NCBI GenBank assembly: GCA_963676105.1
Contig: OY781039.1
Span: 1,590,001-1,622,000 of the forward strand
Reading direction: 5' to 3'
From: Erysipelotrichaceae bacterium
Lineage (GTDB): Bacteria; Bacillota_I; Bacilli_A; Erysipelotrichales; Erysipelotrichaceae
Length of the DNA stretch: 32,000 nt
Under the pieces are notes generated by a model. It did no database searches, was not told the origin of the DNA, and saw only the letters and a list, made by a program, of their open reading frames with translations. Positions 25,689 through 32,000 of this stretch are shown here, one piece after another (position 1 is the stretch's first letter; the number at the start of each line of letters is the position of its first letter). The position numbers and the translations under genes are program-made.

Positions 25689-25721
25689 GAATGTAAACAT
25701 GTACCAAGTTTGGAGGTCATC

Positions 25722-26843
25722 ATGCGAGATAATACTATGATCGCGATGATATTGGCTGGTGGGAGAGGCTCACGCCTCTTGGACTTGACCAATAAAGTCG
25801 CAAAACCTGCGGTATATTTTGGGGGCAAATACCGTATCATTGACTTCCCCCTCAGTAATTGTGCCAATTCTGATATCAACATTGTAGGAGTGTTGACTCA
25901 GTATGAATCGGTACTGCTGAATTCCTATGTAACGCAAGATTCAAGATGGGGTCTTGATGCGAAAGACAGTGGGATTTATGTCCTGCCACCACGTGAAAAA
26001 TCAGAAGGTTTTGGTTTATATCGTGGAACCGCTGATGCGATTACGCAAAACATTGATTTTATTGATCAATATAATCCTGAGCATGTGCTCATCTTATCAG
26101 GTGATCACATTTATAAAATGGATTATGATGCGATGCTTCAAAAACACGTTGAAAACGAAGCCGATGTGACTATCGGTGTTTTAGAAGTAACACTTGAAGA
26201 AGCGACCCGTTTTGGGATTATGAATACGGATAATAAAGACCGTATCATTGAATTTGAAGAAAAACCTGCTCACCCTAAGAGTAATTTAGCTTCAATGGGT
26301 ATTTATATCTTTAATTGGAAAGAGTTGCGCCAATCACTTATTAATGATTTACACAAAGAAAATTCCAACCATGACTTTGGTAAAGATATTATTCCTGAGT
26401 TTATTAATACAGGTAAACGTTTATTTGCATATCGTTTTAAAGGCTATTGGAAAGATGTTGGAACCATTGATTCATTGTGGGAAGCCAACATGGACTTACT
26501 CTATCATTCAACAGATTTAGATTTAGCAGACCCTGCATGGAAAATCTATTCAGAAGATATTACCATGCCTCCACAATATATTGGACCTGAAGCATCTGTT
26601 GAAAATGCTTATATTACCCAAGGTTGTATCATTGATGGAACAGTTATTAATTCTGTTTTATTCACTGGTGCACAAATTGAAAAGGGCGCTGTTGTTAAAG
26701 ACAGTGTTTTAATGCCATTCTCAGTCGTTAAAGCTGGCGCAAGGGTTGAGCGTGCGATTATTGGGGATGATGTCGTTATTAGTAAAGATAAGAAAGTTGG
26801 AGACGCACAAAGTGAAATTAGCTTAGTTGCGAAATCCATTTAA
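25722..26843 (+). CDS. glgC: Glucose-1-phosphate adenylyltransferase, catalytic subunit
   Basis: [41 protein letters not shown], then a left-handed beta-helix C-terminus. The track start (TTG at 25710) is replaced by the ATG at 25722, which lies 5 nt after the SD ggagg. Confidence 0.95.
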   Translation: MRDNTMIAMILAGGRGSRLLDLTNKVAKPAVYFGGKYRIIDFPLSNCANSDINIVGVLTQYESVLLNSYVTQDSRWGLDAKDSGIYVLPPREKSEGFGLYRGTADAITQNIDFIDQYNPEHVLILSGDHIYKMDYDAMLQKHVENEADVTIGVLEVTLEEATRFGIMNTDNKDRIIEFEEKPAHPKSNLASMGIYIFNWKELRQSLINDLHKENSNHDFGKDIIPEFINTGKRLFAYRFKGYWKDVGTIDSLWEANMDLLYHSTDLDLADPAWKIYSEDITMPPQYIGPEASVENAYITQGCIIDGTVINSVLFTGAQIEKGAVVKDSVLMPFSVVKAGARVERAIIGDDVVISKDKKVGDAQSEISLVAKSI

Positions 26844-26857
26844 GGGGGAATGAAGAT

Positions 26858-27973
26858 ATGAAAAACATTTTAGGTATCATTAGTTTCGATGATGCATCCG
26901 TTCAAGTTACTGGTTTGGATGAATTCCGTCCAATTCCTTCATTATCCTTCTTGGGTCGTTATCGTTTAATTGACTTTATCTTATCCAACTATACAAACTC
27001 TGGCATAAAAGATGTACAGGTTTATGTTAAAAATAAACCAAGATCTGTCATTGAACACTTAGGTTCAGGACGCCAATACAACATTAATTCTAAACACGGT
27101 AAGTTACGTATTTTGACAGGTGAAGCACCTGTACAATCCGAAGCTTACAATCATGATGTGACATCTTATCTACAAAATATGGAACGTATTGAACGTAATA
27201 CATCAGATATGGTTGTGGTTGCGCCTAGTCACATGATTTATACAGTTGATTTTAGAAAAGTGGTTGATTATCACACAGAAACAGGGGCAGATGTGACTGT
27301 TTTATATAAGACGATTGATAATGCGAATAGTGCTTTTATTGGATCAGATACATTAATCTTGGATTCAAATAAAAGGGTTATAGATATTGAAAAGAATCGT
27401 GGTAAATTTAAAAACCGTCATGCCTCATTATCTGCTTATGTGATGAGTAAAGAACTCTTTATGAATTTAGTTCATTTAGCTGATAATCTATCATCTTTCT
27501 ATACCTTAAGAGATGCTTTACAAGAACAAGTTAAAGATCTTAAAATGATGGGCTATTCTGTGAACAGTTATGTCGCATGCATTAATTCTCTACAAGCTTA
27601 TTTTGATGCGAATATTGAATTATTAGATGAAAAGACTGCCGCAAAACTTTTTGATCGTAATTGGCCTATTCATACCCGCACAAATGATTCATGTCCAACT
27701 CGCTATACTAAAGATGCGAAAGTTGTGAATACGATGATTTCAAATGGTTGTTTGATTGAAGGTGAAGTTAGAAATTCAATCATTGGTCGTGGTGTGGTGA
27801 TCAATAAAGGAGTAAGTATTGAAAACTCCATTGTTTTAGCTGGGACGATTGTCTCAGAAAACACCGTTATTAAAAATACTATTGTTGATAAAGAAGTTAT
27901 TGTTGATAAAACAAAAGAGTTGATTGGTAAAACTAATCAAGTCATGTACGTGAAAAGGAGTGATCGAATTTGA
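26858..27973 (+). CDS. glgD: Glucose-1-phosphate adenylyltransferase, GlgD regulatory subunit
   Basis: 371 aa. A GlgC paralogue lacking the GGxGxRL loop (FLGRYRLIDFILSNYTNSG). Its position between glgC and glgA matches Firmicute glgCDA operons. Confidence 0.9.
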   Translation: MKNILGIISFDDASVQVTGLDEFRPIPSLSFLGRYRLIDFILSNYTNSGIKDVQVYVKNKPRSVIEHLGSGRQYNINSKHGKLRILTGEAPVQSEAYNHDVTSYLQNMERIERNTSDMVVVAPSHMIYTVDFRKVVDYHTETGADVTVLYKTIDNANSAFIGSDTLILDSNKRVIDIEKNRGKFKNRHASLSAYVMSKELFMNLVHLADNLSSFYTLRDALQEQVKDLKMMGYSVNSYVACINSLQAYFDANIELLDEKTAAKLFDRNWPIHTRTNDSCPTRYTKDAKVVNTMISNGCLIEGEVRNSIIGRGVVINKGVSIENSIVLAGTIVSENTVIKNTIVDKEVIVDKTKELIGKTNQVMYVKRSDRI

Positions 27974-29574
27974 CCCATATCCTATATGTTGCCGCTGAAG
28001 GCCTACCATTTGTCAAAACAGGTGGTTTAGCAGACGTTATTGGTTCATTGCCTCAAGCAATGGCGAATGAAAAGTTTAAAGTATCTGTGGTTATGCCACT
28101 TTACTTAAAGATTGCGCGTAATGAGCATTCAACTTTAACACGAATCAAAACATTCCCAATTGAAGTAGGGGATTATAATACTGTTGCGACTGTGTATTCA
28201 AGAGTTGAAGGTGATGTAACATATTACCTTATTGAACATGCAGGTTACTTTGAACGCGATGGTTATTATGGCTATGCCGATGATGGCGAACGTTTTGCTT
28301 ACTTTACACATGCAGTATTACGCATGATTGAAGAAAAGATTGTTGAACCAGATGTGTTGCATTCACATGATTGGCATGCAGGCTTTATATCATTACTCAT
28401 GAAAACAGTCTATGTCGATCGAGTAAAACAAATGTTTACAATCTTTACCATTCATAATCTTTTATACCAAGGTGTCTTTCCATATGAAATGTTAGGCTCA
28501 TGCTTAGGTTTAGGTAATGACTGGTACTTTGATGGACGTTTAAGATTTAAACATGGTATTAGTTTTATGAAAGCGGGTATTGCTTATTCTGATATTGTCA
28601 CAACCGTTTCTGAAACTTATTCTAAAGAAATCCTTACCCCATTCTTTGGTGAAGGCATGGAAGATGTTCTTCGTTTAAGAGAATATGATCTATATGGAAT
28701 TGTGAATGGAATCGATATGGACGCTTGGGATCCAAGTGTTGATGATACACTCACCGAAAAATATTCACTTAAAAATGTTGATGAAGGTAAGCTTGAGAAC
28801 AAGTTAAAACTACAAGAAGACTTAGGTTTAAGAGTTGATAAGAATGTCATGTTAGTAGGTATGGTGTCGCGCTTAACCAATCAAAAAGGCATTGGTTTAA
28901 TCCTTGAAGCCATGAATGATATTATGGGTTGGGATATTCAACTTGTTATCTTGGGCACAGGTGATCAATGGGCTGAAGAAGCACTAAGATCGATTGAATT
29001 TAAATATCCAAGACGGGCAGTTTATTATTGTGGATACAATGAAGCACTCGCTCATCGTATCTATGCGGCAAGTGATGTCTTCTTAATGCCTTCAATCTTT
29101 GAACCATGTGGTATCTCACAAATGATTGCGATGCGTTATGGTGCACTTCCTGTTGTTCGTGAAACCGGTGGACTGAAAGATACGGTTACACCATTCAATG
29201 AATTTACAGATGAAGGTGAAGGCTTTAGCTTTGGACCTGCAGATGTGAATGTCTTTAAACAAGTATTATGGTATGCGTGGGATGTCTTTACGTATCGTAA
29301 AGAAAAACTTGCAGTACTTAGAAAGAACGCGATGACTAAAGATGTATCGTGGACTAAATCTGCTAAAGCTTATGGTGATTTAATTAACACTAAACTAAAG
29401 GAGCGAGCTGATGCTGAAAAGAAAGCTAAGGCTGAAGCTAAAAAATTAGCTGAAGAAGCTAAAAAGGCCGCAACAAAGAAAAAAGCGCCTGCGAAGAAAA
29501 CAACAAAGTCAACAGCAGCTAAAAAACCTGCCACAAAAAAAGCAGCACCTAAGAAAACTGCTGCTAAGAAATAA
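27970..29574 (+). CDS. glgA: Glycogen synthase (GT5, ADP-glucose dependent) with a non-canonical basic C-terminal extension
   Basis: 534 aa. The TTG start overlaps the glgD stop (TTGA) and follows the SD aggag. Motifs: ILYVAAEGLPFVKTGGLADV, HDWHAG, and the C-terminal GT-B motifs SIFEPCGISQM and ETGGLKDTV. Confidence 0.93.
   Translation: MTHILYVAAEGLPFVKTGGLADVIGSLPQAMANEKFKVSVVMPLYLKIARNEHSTLTRIKTFPIEVGDYNTVATVYSRVEGDVTYYLIEHAGYFERDGYYGYADDGERFAYFTHAVLRMIEEKIVEPDVLHSHDWHAGFISLLMKTVYVDRVKQMFTIFTIHNLLYQGVFPYEMLGSCLGLGNDWYFDGRLRFKHGISFMKAGIAYSDIVTTVSETYSKEILTPFFGEGMEDVLRLREYDLYGIVNGIDMDAWDPSVDDTLTEKYSLKNVDEGKLENKLKLQEDLGLRVDKNVMLVGMVSRLTNQKGIGLILEAMNDIMGWDIQLVILGTGDQWAEEALRSIEFKYPRRAVYYCGYNEALAHRIYAASDVFLMPSIFEPCGISQMIAMRYGALPVVRETGGLKDTVTPFNEFTDEGEGFSFGPADVNVFKQVLWYAWDVFTYRKEKLAVLRKNAMTKDVSWTKSAKAYGDLINTKLKERADAEKKAKAEAKKLAEEAKKAATKKKAPAKKTTKSTAAKKPATKKAAPKKTAAKK
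29392..29571 (+). repeat. Low-complexity Lys/Ala/Pro/Thr-rich (histone H1-like) tail-coding segment of glgA
   Basis: The last 60 codons encode KLKERADAEKKAKAEAKKLAEEAKKAATKKKAPAKKTTKSTAAKKPATKKAAPKKTAAKK. Lys accounts for 23 of the 60 residues. The segment is in frame with the GT5 core, with no intervening stop. Confidence 0.85.
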
Positions 29575-29581
29575 TTAGTTA

Positions 29582-29614
29582 AAAGACTAGCGAAATTGCT
29601 AGTCTTTGTTTTGT
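29582..29614. terminator. Bidirectional rho-independent terminator between convergent glgA and the aldehyde dehydrogenase gene
   Basis: 10-bp stem AAAGACTAGC / GCTAGTCTTT with a 6-nt loop. T-rich runs follow the stem on both strands. Confidence 0.8.
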
Positions 29615-31090
29615 TTAATCGTAATAACCTGTATAGTCTTCAGATAAACTCACATAAACGGTTTTAAGTTGACTATAGGATTCTAAACCTGATTTATGGT
29701 TTTCACGTCCATAACCCGTTTTCTTATAGCCGCCAAATGGAGTGCCTGATGGAGCTAAATGATATTCATTAATCCAGAATAATCCTGTTTCAATAGCCAT
29801 TGCGACTCTAAGTGCTTTGTTGATGTCTTTTGTCCAACAAGCACCAGCTAAACCAAAGTCTGAATCATTCGCCATTTCAATGACATCATCCTCATCTTTA
29901 AATGGAATAACACATACTACTGGTCCAAAGATCTCTTCTTGAGCAATACGCATTTTATTATCAACATCTCTAAAAATAGTAGGTTCAATAAAATAACCTT
30001 TATCAAATAATTCACCAGTTAAGCGATGACCACCATAAGCTAGTTTTGCGCCTTCATCTAAACCAATTTGAATATAGTTTAAAACTGACTTCATTTGTTT
30101 TTCACTGATTAAGGTAGCCATACGTGTATCTTCGTTTTCAGGTAAGCCAACCTTAACTTTCTTAAATATACTAATCATCTTTTCAAGTGTTTCTTCATAT
30201 ATTGACTCATGAATAAAAACACGTGATCCTGCATTACATACTTGTCCTTGTCCATAAAGGATTCCTAGTACGGCACCTTCAACAGCTTTTTCCATTGGTG
30301 CATCGGGGAAAAGAATATTCGCTGATTTTCCACCCAATTCAAGGGAAACGGGGATAACATTTTTAGAAGCTGTTTTCGCAATATTCATCCCAACACCTGT
30401 TGATCCAGTAAAGGCAACTTTATTAATGTCAGGATGTTCAACCATTGACTGACCAACAACTGATCCTGCACCAGTGACAATATTAAATACACCAGCAGGA
30501 ATAATATCTTGAGTAAGTTTCGCAAGTTCTAAAATAGAAACAGGTGTTAAGTCAGCTGGTTTCATGACAATCGTATTACCAGCTGCTAAAGCTGGGGCAA
30601 TCTTCCATCCACCTAAAAGAAAAGGAAAGTTCCAAGGAATAATCTGCGCAACAACACCATAAGGTTCACGCATCACAAAAGCCATATTGTCTTGATCAAA
30701 ACGTGTAAATGAATCTTCTTCAGCACGAACAAGGGCAGCAAAATAAGCAAATTGATCAGCAATAGCTTTAACATCTTCACGTGTTTCAACAATCGGCTTA
30801 CCACTATCGAGCGTTTCTGTGTGGGCTAAATATTCTAAATTCACTTCGATGACATCTTTGATTTTGAGTAAGATAGTACTTCTTTCAATGGGTGTCGTTT
30901 TCTTCCACACTTTAAAAGCCTTCCGTGCAGCTTTAACGGCTAGATCGACATCTTCACTTGTACCACGGTAAACTTTTGCGATTATTTCGCCCGTAGCAGG
31001 GTTTTTTACTTCTTCAGTTTCTTTTTTTACAGATGGAATAAATTCTCCACCAATAAAAACACCATATTCTTGATAGCTATATTTCATCAT
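29615..31090 (-). CDS. NAD(P)-dependent aldehyde dehydrogenase
   Basis: ALDH motifs: VSLELGGKSANILF (catalytic Glu), GQVCNAGSRVF (catalytic Cys), FTGSTGVG and EEIFGPV. The track start is a TTG at 31108. I prefer the ATG at 31090, which is preceded by aggag and overlaps the upstream TAA (TAATG). Confidence 0.9.
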   Translation of the reverse strand: MMKYSYQEYGVFIGGEFIPSVKKETEEVKNPATGEIIAKVYRGTSEDVDLAVKAARKAFKVWKKTTPIERSTILLKIKDVIEVNLEYLAHTETLDSGKPIVETREDVKAIADQFAYFAALVRAEEDSFTRFDQDNMAFVMREPYGVVAQIIPWNFPFLLGGWKIAPALAAGNTIVMKPADLTPVSILELAKLTQDIIPAGVFNIVTGAGSVVGQSMVEHPDINKVAFTGSTGVGMNIAKTASKNVIPVSLELGGKSANILFPDAPMEKAVEGAVLGILYGQGQVCNAGSRVFIHESIYEETLEKMISIFKKVKVGLPENEDTRMATLISEKQMKSVLNYIQIGLDEGAKLAYGGHRLTGELFDKGYFIEPTIFRDVDNKMRIAQEEIFGPVVCVIPFKDEDDVIEMANDSDFGLAGACWTKDINKALRVAMAIETGLFWINEYHLAPSGTPFGGYKKTGYGRENHKSGLESYSQLKTVYVSLSEDYTGYYD

Positions 31091-32000
31091 TAAACTCCTA
31101 ATTTCCAATCTTTAACATGGACTTCTATTAATGTTGGATAGTGTGTATTGAAAGCATCTTCACATGCTTTTTTAAACTCTGTTTTATTTGTTGGTCGAAC
31201 ACCTATCATTGAATAAGCTTCTGCTAATTTCATAAAGTTTAGTGGTGCACTATCAACTGCGATGAGTTGTTCAAAATCCATAGCTTGCTCATTGCGTTTG
31301 ATTTCACCATATCCATCATTGTTGAAAATGATAATTGGTAAGTTTTGTTTATTCTCACACGCAACAGCTAATTCTTGTAGCGTGAATTGGAAACCACCAT
31401 CACCACTAATCGTAATGATTCGTTTATCTTTTTGAGAAAACTTTGCGCCAACTGCAGCTGGCATGGAATAACCTAAAGTTCCAAATCCTGCAGGATGACA
31501 AAAACTTAAAGGGTGAGTACTTTTATATTCGCTAATGCCAATATAAGCAGGGCTACACATGTCGGCAAATAAATGGCCTTTTTCACCCAAGACTTCACTG
31601 ATGACGTCTAAGACTTCTACACCCATCTCAAAGCTTGTATGATTTCCACAGATATCTGAGGTAATGGCTTTAGTAGAATCCACTAAGTTTCTAACGGTAG
31701 ATTTTGTGTCTAAATTTTTAACGTTCACTTTATCTAAGATATAAGAGACAATCGTTTTCGCATCACCCAATAGACCAATATCAGCTTGTGGATATCGATA
31801 GAAGATATCTGCGTCTAGATCTATTTGAATGAGTTGTCCATTTAAGTTTAGTTTAGAATCCCATAAATCAGTAGGTGCTAATTGTGATCCAATTGCGATG
31901 ATTAGATCACAGTTATTAATATGTTCATTGACTAAAGGATAGTGTAAGCGTGCGCCTAAAGATAATGGATGATTATCAGATACAACCCCTTTACCTGCGG
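31090..32000 (-). CDS. Thiamine-pyrophosphate-dependent enzyme (acetolactate synthase / benzoylformate decarboxylase family), 5' end beyond the window
   Basis: TPP-binding motif GDGGFQFTLQELAVACENKQNLPIIIFNNDGYGEI. The reading frame stays open upstream of the track's TTG at 31770 and reads ...NNCDLIIAIGSQLAPTDLW...DADIFYRYPQADIGLLGDAK through to position 32000. Confidence 0.8.
   Translation of the reverse strand, partial: AGKGVVSDNHPLSLGARLHYPLVNEHINNCDLIIAIGSQLAPTDLWDSKLNLNGQLIQIDLDADIFYRYPQADIGLLGDAKTIVSYILDKVNVKNLDTKSTVRNLVDSTKAITSDICGNHTSFEMGVEVLDVISEVLGEKGHLFADMCSPAYIGISEYKSTHPLSFCHPAGFGTLGYSMPAAVGAKFSQKDKRIITISGDGGFQFTLQELAVACENKQNLPIIIFNNDGYGEIKRNEQAMDFEQLIAVDSAPLNFMKLAEAYSMIGVRPTNKTEFKKACEDAFNTHYPTLIEVHVKDWKLGV

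Noticed and set aside
25710-25721. TTG start for glgC (MEVI extension). The same issue applies to the TTG starts at 23602 (folC) and 31108 (ALDH)
   Set aside because: In each case the putative start codon overlaps or abuts the SD sequence itself. An ATG with proper SD spacing, or with a stop-start overlap, lies a few codons downstream.
23208-26839. Small alternative-frame or antisense ORFs 23208..23420, 24305..24535, 25055..25258, 25673..25882, 25954..26169 and 26609..26839
   Set aside because: Each lies within ung, folC, the FolT-like gene or glgC. The host genes have clear family motifs, and the small ORFs have none.
28617-28880. 87-aa minus-strand ORF inside glgA
   Set aside because: It is a Ser/Thr/Leu-rich shadow frame of a well-supported GT5 gene.
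29392-29574. The Lys/Ala-rich segment as a separate small histone-like gene, or as a DNA-level tandem repeat or mobile remnant
   Set aside because: It has no stop codon, SD or start codon separating it from the glgA core, and it is in frame. At the DNA level it is only low-complexity AAR/GCN codon repetition, not a defined tandem repeat. I keep it as a genuine C-terminal tail, pending a read-level check.
1-32000. Mobile elements, CRISPR arrays, defence systems, and tRNA/rRNA genes
   Set aside because: I saw no transposase, integrase or recombinase-like ORFs, no direct or inverted terminal repeats, no spacer-repeat arrays, and no long non-coding stretches. Every ORF of 150 aa or more is accounted for by housekeeping or carbohydrate-metabolism functions.

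Overview
An AT-rich, Firmicute-type chromosomal segment. TGA is used as a stop codon, peptidoglycan enzymes are present, and Shine-Dalgarno sites are strong. The gene order dnaB / yycJ / htrA / rlmH is Bacilli- or Erysipelotrichia-like. All long ORFs are intact and tightly packed, and many pairs overlap at their stop and start codons (GTGA, ATGA, TAATG, TTGA). I found no rRNA, tRNA, CRISPR array, transposase, integrase or phage gene, and intergenic DNA totals under 1 kb.

Content, left to right:
(1) A replication and cell-envelope operon: dnaB, a LysM-G5-M23 peptidase, yycJ (walJ), htrA and rlmH. The walRK-yycHI genes that usually sit here are absent.
(2) A monocistronic ptsH (HPr) with a perfect cre box upstream and no ptsI downstream.
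(3) A large intracellular alpha-glucan (glycogen/maltodextrin) supercluster: pgcA, glgB, glgP, a cytoplasmic type I pullulanase, an oligo-1,6-glucosidase, a small PucR-type HTH regulator, the orphan ABC ATPase msmK, a 434-aa GH13 enzyme, and on the minus strand a 696-aa atypical GH13 that I recall as resembling the Thermotoga maltosyltransferase.
(4) A secreted DUF2202 ferritin-like protein inserted in that cluster.
(5) A four-gene translationally coupled operon: secreted solute-binding-like protein, ung, folC and a FolT-like membrane protein.
(6) glgC-glgD-glgA.
(7) A convergent thiamine-pyrophosphate (TPP) enzyme plus aldehyde dehydrogenase pair that runs off the right edge.

Most unusual observations:
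- Glycogen synthase carries a 60-aa histone-H1-like Lys/Ala/Pro tail.
- The two non-canonical GH13 enzymes look like transferases, and no GH77 amylomaltase is present in the window.
- A PucR-type regulator sits where a LacI/MalR regulator would be expected, next to distinctive palindromes.
- Three cre-like operators lie in promoter regions. One is at an activation-type position upstream of ptsH.
- The solute-binding-like gene may be leaderless.

Nothing here looks like a mobile or defence island. The novelty candidates are regulatory and architectural features of a carbohydrate-storage locus.
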